Of a stretch of DNA of 64,000 nucleotides, positions 39,432 to 52,933 are shown piece after piece. Both the position numbers and the translations under genes were made by a program. The stretch's first letter is position 1, and the number at the start of each line of letters is the position of its first letter. This stretch comes from Octopus sinensis (taxonomy: Eukaryota): positions 44,454,001 through 44,518,000 of the forward strand of contig NC_042997.1 in the NCBI RefSeq assembly GCF_006345805.1, written 5' to 3'. The notes beneath the pieces are model-generated. The model had not been told where the DNA came from and did not search any database. It saw only the letters and a list, made by a program, of their open reading frames with translations.

Positions 39432-40044
39432 GTATGTCAGCTAAAATATATATATATGTGTGTGTGTGTGTATACACACACACACCACACACACTCTTAT
39501 CCAAGAATGAAAATTATCTAAAATTAAAAAATTAAATTAATACTCTTATGGATTATGAGTTTGAATCATTTTCAGTCATGAATTAAATATGTTTTCTTTT
39601 AATTTTACTGTTTTGTGTTTCACTTATTAAAGATAACCACTTGATTAGATAAATCTCATGCTATGCTGGAAGTATTTTCTCCACATCTTTAGTTGAAGTG
39701 TTTACATGTTGGATATATTTTACATAACGTAAAAAACAGAACACCATAAATATCTTATTGACGAGTGAGTGTATGCATGCATGCACACAAACACATGTGC
39801 ATGCATGCACACACACACACACACATGTATAGGTACAAGTGTGGCTGTGTGGTAGAAAGTTTGCTTTACAAGTACATGGTTTTAGGTTGAGTCCCAATTC
39901 ATAGCAGGTGTCTTCTGGTATAACTCTGGGCCAACCAAAGCCTTGTTAGTGGATTTGGTAGATGGAAACTGAAAGAAGCCTGCTGAAAGCCAAGAAACAT
40001 GTATTGTTGAGATTAAAGTCCATGAATGTATCATATTTTGGACA

Positions 40045-40250
40045 CACAGTGTGCCATGGATCATTGCCCGAGACCATCTTGATAGGAAGTGTGGAGGGGA
40101 AGAGAGCAAGAGGTTGCCAAAGATATTTGTAGAATGACAACATCGAAGAATTGACTGGAAACGAGAATCTGGTTGATTGTATGCATGCAGGACAACACAG
40201 AGGCAAGTGAAGTGCCTTGGTAAGCCTACCCCTGCTCACAGGGAGGGCTT
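40045..40250 (+). mobile_element. RTE LINE 3' remnant
   Basis: My translation HGSLPETILIGSVEGKRARGCQRYL*NDNIEELTG matches the RTE C-terminal pattern L...IL.G.VEG.R.RGR....W.DNI.EWTG. Confidence 0.7.
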
Positions 40251-41874
40251 CCAGCTAATGATGGTCAACAACATTCCAGCTGTGATTATCCTCCTTGTTA
40301 AGGATATGATAGCTTGTTTCGTATAATAACATGTCTTTGCTTTATATAAGAAGACAGTTGGGTTTGATTTGAGAACAATTTAGCTGCTATTTCTAGCAGG
40401 TTAGATGATATTCTAGTGCTTCCTTCTTTGGCCTGTACAGTTCTTAGTTGTTTACGGTGACGGTTGTGCCATTGCTTTTGCTGCAACTGGTGTGGAATTT
40501 CTCCATCTATATTCACTCAAGATAGCCTACTTAGGTTTCCTTGAAAAAAATTCATATGTTTTAGTTAAGAAAACTGTTCTTAATTTTAAAGTTCACCAAA
40601 TCTATTTAGTCATGATAGAGTCTCAATATTGAAAATGTACTCAGGAGTGTAATGCTATCTTTCTTAATCATTAAAAATTTAGTCGAAAAAAAAAAAAAAT
40701 AAATAAAATTGCTAACAGTCTTTGTGGTTTGAAATAATTACTTATTGAATTTGGATAGGAAATAAAGCCAAACTATGGAGCTGTTGAGATCTAATATTAC
40801 TTTTTCAATTGAAAATTCTATCTCTAGTTTACAATATGTTCAAGCGTTTATTTCTCGTTCCATTCACGTAAAATTCCGACTCATTGAAGCGGACGATATT
40901 GGCTTTAAAAATATTCTGAAGAATTTTTCAATAGCACTTTATCATTGACTTGGTTTTTTCTTTCTGCAAACTGCACATGTACTTCTCTCTCTTTCTCTTT
41001 CCCTCCTCGCTCTCCCTTTATTTTTGTTTGTTGGGCTGTGTATACCTAACATAGGGCAATGAGTTTTTGATGACAAGATACTATAACAATTCTTGATGAC
41101 AAGACATTTGAGTTATGTTGGTACCGGCCAGTCCTTTCAATTCTCTTTCCATCACCTGTAATGTAAATTGGCTTATCTCATTTAATGTATAGTACCTCCA
41201 ATTTCTTTTTTTTGTTTTGTCTAAAACTGTATAATCAATAACTTGTTAAGAATGCAGAAGCCAATTCCAGAAATTTCTTAACGTTTACTTTTGATGTCTT
41301 TATTTATTGCTTTTTATTTCAATATAGTGAATTTTGTAGCAGAAATTTGAAAAATTGACAATCATTCTCTTCAGTAGACTCTGATACACTTCTGAAATTA
41401 ATCTGTTCTTAGATTAAATTTGTTCATAAAAACAAACTACATGTTCCAAAGATAGGAAAATGTCAATATTTAGTTGGTTTTATTTCCCTTTTATAATTGA
41501 CAGGTAACAAAATATGTTTTGCTGCTCCAAGAACTCCAGCCACATTAGAATTATCTTTGGAAATAATGGTCCATATTTTTTTTTTTCATTCCAGTGTGGG
41601 TGAATTTTACAGATTTAGATATTTTTGTATAGTTTTTGATTGGGTATCATTTGTACTATTAAAGACTCTGCTGAGAAGTAGTAATGGAACTAGTTGTCAA
41701 CTACAAAGTGAATCAAATAGAATTATGTCTTCTCAAGGAGCACAACATCAAAGCTATAGCAGTTAAGTTTGAACTCCAGATCATATGGTCTGTACTCCAA
41801 CACTCAAACTTCATAATTTTGAGAACCATAAATTTTGAAGAATTATTGCATTTTTATATTATAGGATAAGTGTG

Positions 41875-42087
41875 TACTCTTTACTCTTTACTCTTTTACT
41901 TGTTTCAGTCATCTGACTGCGGCCATGCTGGAGCACCGCCTTTAATCGAGCAACTCGACCCCGGGACTTGTTCTTTTGTAAGCCCAGTACTTATTCTATC
42001 AGTCTCTTTTGCTGAACCGCTAAGTAACGGAGACATAAACACACCAGCATCGGTTGTCAAGCAATGTTAGGGGGACAAACACACACA

Positions 42088-42135
<48 letters not shown>

Positions 42136-42298
42136 TACGACGGGCTTCTTTCAGTTTCCGTCTACCAAATCCACTCACAAGGCTTTGGTCGGCCCGAGGC
42201 TATAGTAGAAGACACTTGCCCAAGGTGCCACGCAGTGGGACTAAACCCGGGACCATGTGGTTGGTAAACAAGCTACTTACCACACAGCCACTCCTGCG
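41875..42298 (-). mobile_element. Family B SINE
   Basis: Full-length match to the family. Confidence 0.9.
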
Positions 42299-43204
42299 TG
42301 TTTTCACATTACATTACCCGGGTTGCACTGACATTTACTTATGTCATGCATTTGGCAGTTTGATGTGCAAAGATGACTGGAATTAAATAAATGTTGGCAT
42401 CAGGAAGGGCATCTGGCTGTAGGATGCTACTCGAAGAAGTTTCACTTAACTCCTGCAACAATGAAGAATCAAAAAATATATGATGATGACGATGAGTTCC
42501 TGACAGTCCTCCAGGAAGCAGAGAGATGGATTATATTGATTTGTCATTCTTAGTTTTGTATCTCATGTTTTTATTGTTCAATTCCAGGTGAAATCCAGGT
42601 GGAGGTTATTGCATTTTGCTTCTGGTGTTCATAAAACAAACACCAGTAACACACAATGAACTTGATTTAATTGTTTTTATTCTCTTTCTCTCTTCTCCTC
42701 CTTCCCTCTCTCCCCTTTTTATAAAGTTGTCTACCTAAGGAAAATGTCATCTAGCTGAATTTTTTTTTTTGTTATCTACCTTTCAAATTCAAATCCTGCT
42801 GAGGTTAACTTGTCTTTCAGCTTTTTGGGGGTTTAATAAAATAAAGTACCCAACTAATGCTTGATTCCTATTGGTGATATTGTCTAACCCTCTCACTCCA
42901 AAATTTCAGGTGTTGTGTCTATCATCAACACCATCATCATCATCATCATTTAGTGGCTTCCTTCCATTCTGACATGGGTGGGAAGATTTGCCAGTAGCTG
43001 GCAAAGACTGCACCGAGGAGTAATATTGAGGGAAGTGGCTTTGTACCAGGTGATGAGACGTTGGTATGATGGAGGGATAAAAACAGGTGTCTTGCAGCAG
43101 AAGAGATACTCGGACAAGATCAATTAGAGAGGGAGAGGGGGGAGATGATGCGATAGGATGTTCACTCAAGTTTGAGGGTATATGTAAGTGAAGAGATACA
43201 GTAG

Positions 43205-43239
<35 letters not shown>

Positions 43240-43692
43240 GAGGAAGAGATGATTCATCAGGGACACATTGTACCAAATAAGTTTGTGGGAGTGTGAAGAG
43301 AATGTGGGAGGTAAAAGATGAGGGGTACAACAAGTGGTGAACCTATATTTGAAACAATTGTCTAAAGGAGAAACTGGTGTTGAAAGCAAGGCTGCTCCCA
43401 CCAGACATCAGAGCATGGTGCATTTCTCTGGTTTGTCAGATTTTGTCAAACTATCCAACCCATTCCAGCATAGAAAACGGGCATTAAACAATGATGGTGG
43501 TGATGGGGATCATTTCATTGGTTCCTATTTCTCAATGGAAACAAGCAACTATTTTATTCCAGTGGTTTTCGTAATGTCAATAAATTAACCATTCTAAGGA
43601 ACCATTGCTGAAATAAATGATTATAAAAACCATCTTTCAATTTGTGTTTGACCTGGAAAATGAAGATGAACTATTTGTAAAATGATCAGCAA

Positions 43693-44200
43693 TCATCATC
43701 ATCATCATCATCGTTTAACGTCCGTTTTCCGCGCTAGCACAGGTTGGACGGTTCGACCAGGGTCTGGGAAGCCAGAAGGCTGCACCAGGCTCCAGTCTGA
43801 TCTGGCAGTGTTTCTACAGCTTGATGCCCTTCCTAACGCCAACCACTCCGCGAGTGTAGTGGGTGCTTTTTACGTGCCACCTCACAGGTGCCAGGGGAGT
43901 CTGGCATCGGCCACGTTCGGATGGTGCTTTTTATGTGCCACCGGCACAGAAGCCAGTCGAGGCGGCGCTGTCATCAGCCACGTTCGGATGGTGCTTTTTA
44001 TGTGCCACCGGCACAGAAGCCAGTCGAGGCGGCACTGGCAACGGCCACGTTCAGATGGTGCTTTTTATGTGCCACCAGCACAGGTATCACAACTACTATT
44101 TCCATTGATATTTGTTTCGATGTACATGCACTTGACTCAACAGGTCTCCTCAAGCACAGCGAGATGTTCCGGGATCCAAGGTACTTTGAATGGGCAGGGG
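43693..44200 (-). mobile_element. Family M retroposon, the copy extending furthest 5'
   Basis: Family block, three internal units and about 120 bp of further 5' sequence. Confidence 0.85.
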
Positions 44201-45211
44201 CTATGCGGAACTGGTGGTGATTTTTTATTTAGCCATGTTTTATTCGTGGTGCAAGTTGGGTTGAGTGTGAGAAAAAAAATATGAAAAAAAAGCAAACGAC
44301 ATAGAAATAGTTTGGTTTATTCTGGTTTATGAATTAACTCTATATATAATAAACATACTAAGTTTTTGTGTGCGTGACTATATATAGGTATCCAATTCTA
44401 AGATGTAGGGAATTTGTTGCAGAATTTTATATAACACTCTTATTCTTTTTATATCACAGAACTATTTGTTTCCTTTAGTGTAGTAGTATCTTTTTTTTTT
44501 CCATTTTCTTTTTTGACCCTTTTGATACCAACCTACCTGTGACCATTATGGTTCTATGATGCAAACTTCTTGTTTTGAAGTGATCTCAATTAAAACTTTT
44601 TACCAAAATTTCAGGCATCAGCTTAATGAGAAAAAATTCTTTTTTTTTATTCAATTCTTCATTATTTTCAAAACTAATTGCAACCAAAGGTAGTGTATTT
44701 CCACAGAAACAGGGAAACAAGAGATTATTAATACCAGCTCCAAGACAAGTGTAGCTCCAAAGGATTAAGTCATGGTTTATTCTTGCAACACATTCACACT
44801 ACCAAAATTTTTCTCTTTATATTCCTCAGCTCCCTCCTCCTTTCCTCCCCCCTCTCTATAAATGTTTAAAATCTTTGATTTCTAAGCAACATGATATTTT
44901 AGATTCAAAATACTTATCTCGCTGATTATACTGACCTCAGTGTACCTAATTCAGCACTACTTTGCTGTTGTTTTTTTTTTCCCTTTTCCTATTTTTTTTT
45001 TTATTGCTGTAGATGCATCTGACATACATTTTGTATAGAGAGTTAATCCCTTTGCTTGTGAAGATAATTCACTAATCTTTCAGCCATTTTAAGCAATATT
45101 CACTATGCTACTACTTGTTTCGCGCAGCTCACTACCTATAGAGTGTCAGTATGCTGACTGTGGTAGCAGTTATTATTGTGGTTACTTAATTTGCTTTCAC
45201 TCCTGAAACAG

Positions 45212-45315
45212 CTGAACTTACTGCACCAAATGTTTTCATTGCCATAAAAAACACGCTGGCTCTTCCAATATGTTTTTACTGCCATAAACTGTTTACCAAT
45301 ATGTTAATTCTAGAG
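45212..45315 (+). CDS. Candidate penultimate exon (A)ELTAPNVFIAIKNTLALPICFYCHKLFTNMLILE
   Basis: Acceptor TTTGCTTTCACTCCTGAAACAG, donor GAG|GTGAGA, open in phase 1 to 0 and compatible with the exon at 47201. The composition is not strongly protein-like. Confidence 0.3.
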
Positions 45316-46556
45316 GTGAGATAATTGATAATGGACTGGTTGCTTACATGTTACTGAATTTGAGATATGTTGATCCAGATGTTATATTTCTGGACTGAAC
45401 ACTTCATTCTTTATTGTCTTAGCTTTTAAGAATTGAAATACAAATAATTTGGGAATGTTCTCTGTAATAGTCTATTTCCCTGTCATACAAGAGATTTATA
45501 TTTTTATCTGCTTACCACCATGAAATTAGCTGAGCACTGGCTCTTAAAAACTTCTCAGGCCTGAGAAAGCATTTACATTTACCTTATGTGTTTGTTGTCT
45601 TGAGATAACTAACTTGGTGACTGAGTCCTGTTAAACAAGCTTATGTGCTTTGCAAAGAATTTTCTTTCATAGGAGAATACAAAGTGGTTTTCCATTGCTT
45701 CCTTGAGTATTTTAATATTTTTTAAATTTATCTTTTTTTTTTTTTTTTTACAATATAACATCCTGTGGGATAGATGCAGTCAAGTTTCTTGTTCATGCTG
45801 TGGCACTCAAGTCTAAAGAGGCAGAACAAACAATGTTCAAAAAATTTGGTTTGCTCAGAGCCCTGGGCTAGTACTTTGTTTTATTGAACCTGGAGAAATG
45901 AAAGGCATAGTTGACCATAATAGGATTTGAACTCAAGAATGTAAAAGAGTAGGAATAAATACTGCGTGACATTTTTTCCAACACTCTACCAAGAGTTTCA
46001 CCAGTTTGCTTTTAATGGGTAATTGCTAAATCACTGGATTGACTTTAGTTATCTCTGATTAATACCAAAGGTGTTAAACTAGTGTATTTTAATGAGTCTA
46101 CTGCCATTGTACTTCAACGTACTGTTCCTCAATAGTTATGATGATGTAACAGTAATGCATTCTAAACTATTGGGTCATTCGGCAGCAAACATTGAAAGCT
46201 TCATCTTCATACTGTAACTCAGCCTCTTCACATTCCATCATAGGAATTGGATGAGTCTGCAAATTGACAATATTTCCTTCTCCTTTCTGTCTATGCTGTA
46301 TTTATACTTGTTAGCTCCATGCAGTTAGATAACATTTGCAGTGTTGGTAGTATGAGCAAAATACCATATCAGCAGTTCGTACAGTGCAGTTTTTTATACT
46401 TCAATAGTAATCACCGAATGACACCAGAAATATTGATAGTTTGTGTGGACCATTTAACTGGAATTTAGAACTTTTGGTACTGGGCCACATGAACAGGATT
46501 TTCTAAATGTCAAAGTACACTGGAAGATGCTGGAATATTGTGAAGGATGTGTTTAA

Positions 46557-47175
46557 CCCATTCAGATTACTCTGTCAAATGTAATACTCTTTACTCTTTT
46601 ACTTGTTTCAGTCATTTGACTGCAGCCATGCTGGAGCACCGCCTTTAATCGAGCAACTTGACCCCGGGACTTATTCTTTTTTTGTAAGCCCAATACTTAT
46701 TCTATCGGTCTCTTTTTGCCGAACCGCTAAGTAACGGGGACATAATCACACCAGCATCGGTTGTCAAGCAATGCTAGGGGGACAAACACAGACACACAAA
46801 CACACACACGCATATATATATATATATACATATATACGACGGGCTTCTTTCAGTTTCCGTCTACCAAATCCACTCACAAGGCTTTGGTCGGTCCGAGGCT
46901 ATAGCAGAAGACACTTGCCCGAGGAGACACGCAGTGGGACTGAACCCGGAACCATGTGGTTCGTAAGCAAGCTACTCACCACACAGCCACTCCTGCGCCT
47001 ATGCTTATTTATTCACATTGTTTTGAATTAATCACGTCTTATCAAGATTTTGATGATATAATTATATATTTTTAGAATTACATTGTAGGGTAGGTGTGAG
47101 AGATGGGATCTGGCAGATTTGAGCATAAAACATAGAATATTTGGGCCAGATATGGTCAATTAAAATGCTAAAGAG
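46557..47175. mobile_element. piggyBac-like MITE interrupted by a family B SINE (46585-47000, - strand)
   Basis: TTAA|CCCATTCAGATTA at the left and ATGCTAAAGAG|TTAA at the right; the two halves match the 12098 MITE once the SINE is removed. Confidence 0.8.
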
Positions 47176-47200
47176 TTAAATGTTTTCTTGTTCCAAACAG

Positions 47201-47230
47201 GCTTCTCAGTTTCTTGCTGTTGGGTTATAA
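47201..47230 (+). CDS. Candidate terminal coding exon ASQFLAVGL*
   Basis: Acceptor TGTTTTCTTGTTCCAAACAG, nine codons then TAA, followed by about 1.8 kb of T-rich, microsatellite-rich, 3'UTR-like sequence. Confidence 0.35.
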   Translation, partial: ASQFLAVGL

Positions 47231-47439
47231 GGGGTTCTGACCATTTGAAGTCTTGGAACATTTTTTTTTTTTTCACTCCTCTTTCGAATTTTCTTTCTTT
47301 TCTTTTTTTGGGGGGAGGGGGCGGGGGCTGTGAAAAGTGAAGCTTGCATCATGCTGTCTGTATGCATGTGTGTCAAAATAGATATTAAATCAATGATACA
47401 GATAAAGAAACACACCTGTGTATATATATATATATATTT

Positions 47440-47596
47440 GTGTGTGTGTGTGTGCACACACACACATTGCTATACTTATTTTTATATTATGTAGACTTAT
47501 TGTTTTATGTTTGTTATTACTTGTCGCTTCTTCCTTCTCGCGATCTGTGTCTCTCACACCACCACCAACACCACTACCATTACCACCACCACCACC

Positions 47597-47642
<46 letters not shown>

Positions 47643-48397
47643 TGTAGTGTATATATTTGTTAGATATTTCAAATCTATTTTCTGGGGTGGGGTGTTGATA
47701 CTAGATATTTACCAGATCCTTGTTACTATTAAAGGAAGGACTGGTTATTTATATTTTTTTTCTGCTTTTGTTTTCTTTTTTAATGTACAAATTTTGCTTT
47801 TTCAGCAAAATATCTTTTTTGCAGTCTCCACAATGTCTCTTTATGGTTTGTGCAGTCAGTTTTTTCAAGTTAGTATCAAACTTTGGCATTATATTCTTAT
47901 AATAGTCTGAATGTATTTCATTGAAAATCAAACAAAACAAAGATTTAAAAAAAAAAAAAGGAAAGAATGCACAAAAAAGAGAAAAGAATCTCCACGAATA
48001 AAAAGAAAAAAAAGGTCGAGGATAATCGAAGCTTCAATGTTATCTGTTGTTGCTTATCTGTGTTTGTCTTGTTTGTGATATCGTGTGATATGGTGTGCAT
48101 ATTTAAGATGGCCAGTAGAAGAGGAATGCGATTTTAACTTATTGATCTGTTGTTGTTATTGAGTATTTATTTGTCTATTTTCCATATACAATGATTTCAC
48201 TTAAGCGCCAAGATCTTCTTGAGGACATCCAGTGTGTGTGTGTGTGTGTGTGCACACACACACATTGCTATACTTATTTTTATATTATGTAGACTTATTG
48301 TTTTATGTTTGTTATTACTTGTCGCTTCTTCCTTCTCGCGATCTGTGTCTCTCACACCACCACCAACACCACTACCATTACCACCACCACCACCACC

Positions 48398-48437
<40 letters not shown>

Positions 48438-49025
48438 TGTAGTGTATATATTTGTTAGATATTTCAAATCTATTTTCTGGGGTGGGGTGTTGATACTAGA
48501 TATTTACCAGATCCTTGTTACTATTAAAGGAAGGACTGGTTATTTATATTTTTTTTCTGCTTTTGTTTTCTTTTTTAATGTACAAATTTTGCTTTTTCAG
48601 CAAAATATCTTTTTTGCAGTCTCCACAATGTCTCTTTATGGTTTGTGCAGTCAGTTTTTTCAAGTTAGTATCAAACTTTGGCATTATATTCTTATAATAG
48701 TCTGAATGTATTTCATTGAAAATCAAACAAAACAAAGATTTAAAAAAAAAAAAGGAAAGAATGCACAAAAAAGAGAAAAGAATCTCCACGAATAAAAAGA
48801 AAAAAAAGGTCGAGGATAATCGAAGCTTCAATGTTATCTGTTGTTGCTTATCTGTGTTTGTCTTGTTTGTGATATCGTGTGATATGGTGTGCATATTTAA
48901 GATGGCCAGTAGAAGAGGAATGCGATTTTAACTTATTGATCTGTTGTTGTTATTGAGTATTTATTTGTCTATTTTCCATATACAATGATTTCACTTAAGC
49001 GCCAAGATCTTCTTGAGGACATCCA

Positions 49026-49026
<1 letters not shown>
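47440..49026. repeat. Near-identical ~795-bp tandem duplication (47440-48231 and 48232-49026)
   Basis: The ORF track gives identical proteins at 47720 and 48515 (offset 795). The differences I saw are only in (CAC)n, (TAC)n, (TG)n and A-run lengths. Confidence 0.97.
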
Positions 49027-49056
<30 letters not shown>

Positions 49057-50749
49057 CTTGTTTCCACATAGATATGACTGGTGTTAAGATTCGTATGACA
49101 TGAATATTGTTATATTTGTGTATACATACTTAAAATCATGCTTCTGTATGTATGTATGTATGTGTGTATGTGTGTGTGTGTGTTTGTTTGTTTGTTTACA
49201 TGTGGGTTTGTACTAAGTTGCTATTTTATTGGTTTTCAATTTATTGCTGGGGCATCACCTTCGAAGGTTTTAGTTACTTGTATTGATCCAAATACTTTGT
49301 CTGATTTTTATTTTGTCAACCATGTCTAGGTGCAAGCATGGTTGTGTGGTTAAGAGGCTTGCTTCCCAACCACATAGTCTCAGGTTCAGTCCCACCATGT
49401 GACAATTTAGGAAATGTCTTTTATCATATCCCTGGGCTGACCAAACCTTTGTAAGTGGATTTGGTGACTGGAAACTGAATGAAATCTGTGTGTGTGTGTT
49501 TGGACGATTGTCTAGACATTACGTGATAATTGTAAGCAAGCATTACCGTCATACAAGTGATGTTATATATTCCCAGTCTTCCATGAAACTGTATCTGGCC
49601 CTGAGAAAATATTACCTTGCTTGAAAATAGGTGAATATTGGTGATAGAAAGGACATCCAGTCATAGAGAATCTGTTTTAACAAATTCTGTCTGGCTCATG
49701 TCAGCATGGAAAAGTTGATGATGATGATGATGATGATGATGTGAGGTGGAACAGGAGCATACTCCAATATCATAATGTACTTTTCATGATGCACTGATCC
49801 TACCATTTCAAGCTGATATGTTACACACATAAATTCTGTGGGTTTCTCCCAATTTCTTAGGATTTGGTCAACCTAAGACTATGATAGAAGACACTTGATC
49901 AAGATATCATGCAGCAAGATTGAATTGGAACTCTCAGCACTGAAAAACAACTTCTTAATTATACATGAAAGAATACTGCTGCATTTGCGCATACATATGC
50001 ACATATGCATGTGCCTGCGTGTGTACTTGTTTCGTTTTTCTTATGTATGCAGTAATTACAATTATGATGATATAATAATTAACTATCTTGTGCTCTGAGT
50101 TCAAATCCTGCTTGGGATTACCTTTGCCTTTAATGATGATAAACTAAGAACCGGACGTGTCTTGTGGTGTATTCAGTTAATTAATTTTTATTTTTCTCCT
50201 ACAAATGTTTAGGTGTCTGATTGTGAAGAACATCTTTGCCTTGTTTTCACTCTCTGCATGTATTCCACATTCGGTTCCCTCAGGAGCTTCTCAACAAAGC
50301 AACAACACACTTTTTACACATGTTTCATATAAGCTGGCATCTTAAGAGGCTTCCTTTTGCATGAATTGAGCAACAGATGCTTCATATGGGCTGCATTTGT
50401 GAAACCTTTTATTATCAACAGAGGTGACTTTTTCTGATTTTTTAATTCTAGTCATTGTTGTTATGAACCAGCGAAGGGACCTCTCTATAACTGCTTTACC
50501 TGCTAGAAATAGCAGCTAAATTATTGCTCAAGTTATACCTTATTTAAGAAAGGAAGCTACACTGCAAAATTTCATTCTAGGTGCACTGTATACGAATAAA
50601 TATGGAATGGTCATAGCTGTAACTTCTGATTGATTTGAGTCTAAACACTGACATTCTTGCTACTATACTTTCATTTTAGTACTTATTATATTGTATAATT
50701 AACAGAAATTATCAACATTTTATAGATATTCCTACTACAAATAACTTCT

Positions 50750-51100
50750 GTGAAAGCCTCATATTTTAAGTCTTGATTTTCTGCCAACATGCCAAAGATC
50801 TTACTAGACCTTTTGTGTGTTCATTGCTGCCCATATATCAAAGCAAGGCTACTTTCTGTTTGGCACAAGAAATTTCATGCATTTTCTAGAATTTTTTGAT
50901 TTTTATGTCTTTGGATTCTAGATCGTATCTCCAGGTTTTTAACTTTGTCTCTAACTCCTTTACAGAGTCTGCTTTGAAGACCCAAGTCAAAATCACCAGC
51001 ATATAAAAGTTCTCAAAATACAACTTGTTCAGGATTCTTGGTACCCTTCTTTGTCTTCAATTAGTGGTCTTGGAAGGGAGATAATATCATTCCCCTAGTT
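50750..51100 (-). mobile_element. Degenerate RTE reverse-transcriptase remnant
   Basis: Minus strand GAACTTTTATATGCTGGTGATTTT = ELLYAGDF (decayed LLYADD), followed by ...WRYDLESK, as in RTE WKxGLESKG. Confidence 0.6.
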
Positions 51101-51458
51101 TTTGCCTCTCTGCTTAATGCTGAAGTTGCAATCAGTGGTACTCTAGAAGAAGTAGAAAACTGCAGTAGTTGCTGTCTTAATCTTCACCTCAGGAACCTAT
51201 TACTCTTACCATTTCTGCTGCCTTTAGTTTCTCTGTTATTGTTGTTGCTTTTCCTCTTCTGGGTAGAAAGCCCTTGAATGGCTTTTACTGCCATGCATTT
51301 AGCAACTGGGTAAGTCATCATAGTTACAAGGACTTAGGGGAGGGTGTCGATACAAATTCCACCTGACTAAAATGTTGTTGCAGGTCTCCTCCATGTTAAC
51401 CACATGACCATACCGTTGCACAATGGTGACGACAAACCAAGGGTCAGTGTCCATAATA

Positions 51459-51715
51459 ATCATCATCATCATCATCATCGTTTAGCGTCCGCTTTCCATG
51501 CTAGCATGGGTTGGACGGTGCAACTGGAGTCTGGGAAGCCAGAAGGCTGCACAAGGCCCAGTTTGATCTGGCAATGTTTCTACGACTGGATGCCCTTCCT
51601 AACGCCAACCACTCCATGAGTGTAGTGGGTGCTTTTTACATTCCACCGACACAGGTGCCAGACGAGTCTGGCAACTGGCCACGATCGGATGGTGCTTTTT
51701 ACGTGCCACCGGCAA
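51459..51715 (-). mobile_element. Family M retroposon
   Basis: (CAT)n followed by the family block. Confidence 0.85.
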
Positions 51716-51951
51716 TACCACTAGTTATTATAATTATATTCCTGTGATCCACATACTGTTGCACCAGCTCGTGACCAGGCTTCTAGTCCACGTCTCCTAA
51801 CTTAATTCTTGGCGTTAAAAGTCCTGACACCTGCTTTCTTTGATTGTCATGTCTTTGGTTTGCTTGTTTCTTTATTTTTAATAGCCATATTAAATCAAGG
51901 GGCATATATCCGGCCTCATATTGGCCAGAGTTCCCTGCAGCTCTTTTGGGA

Positions 51952-52341
51952 CTCTCTTTTACTTGTTTCAGTCATTTGACTGCGGCCATGCTGGAGCACC
52001 GCCTTTAGTCGAGCAAATCGACCCCGGGACTTATTCTTTGTAAGCCCAGTACTTATTCTGTTGGTCTCTTTTGCCGAACCGCTAAGTGACAGGGACGTAA
52101 ACACACTAGCATCAGTTGTCAAGCAATGCTAGGGGGACAAACACAGACACACAAACACATATATATATATACATATATACGACAGGCTTCTTTCAGTTTC
52201 CGTCTACCAAATCCACTCACAAGGCTTTGGTCGGCCCGGGGCTATAGCAGAAGACACTTGCCCAAGGTGCCACGCAGTGGGACTGAACCCGGAACCATGT
52301 GGTTTGTTAGCAAGCTACTTACCACACAGCCACTCCTGCGA
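51952..52341 (-). mobile_element. Family B SINE
   Basis: Full-length match to the family. Confidence 0.9.
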
Positions 52342-52933
52342 CTATAGAAAACCTGTATACTTTTTCTTTTGCCTGGAGTTAACTGATGTATAGTATTTTT
52401 TGGCTTGCAATGCTAGCAAAACGGTGTTGTTTTAGTGTGCATTTTACCATCTTTTTCCTTTTGCGCTTGTCAAATTGTAATTCTTTAGCTGTCAGTTTTC
52501 TTTGATTGTCATGTCATTGTGTTTTTGCCTGTTTCTTTATTCTTAAATTTGGTTTTGGTTTACTTCGTTGGGGGGTACCTCCTCCCATTACTCCCAAATT
52601 GGCCATATTAAACCAGTATTAAGCAAATCATGCAGTACGTTTGCAAAACATATTTGTACACCAAAAATTTGTCAAAGAATGAACCATTTCCAATATTCTG
52701 AAGGCTTTTGTCCATTAAAAAAAGAATCTGGATAAAACAAAGCAAAGCAAAGCTTGTTTTCCATTAAATAATCCTGAAAAAATTTCCTTTTAAGTGAAGC
52801 TCACTTAGTGAAACATGCCTGTTCACAACAAACATCATCAACTACAGAAGTGTGGAGTGTAATAAATCAGCTATATTCTCCTTTACATAACCTAAATAAG
52901 CTATCATCATCATCATCATCATCATCATCATTA

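Noticed and set aside
47418-48705. Poly-His/poly-Tyr and poly-Pro/poly-Leu ORFs
   Set aside because: They are read-outs of a (CAC)n(TAC)n compound microsatellite in UTR-like DNA.
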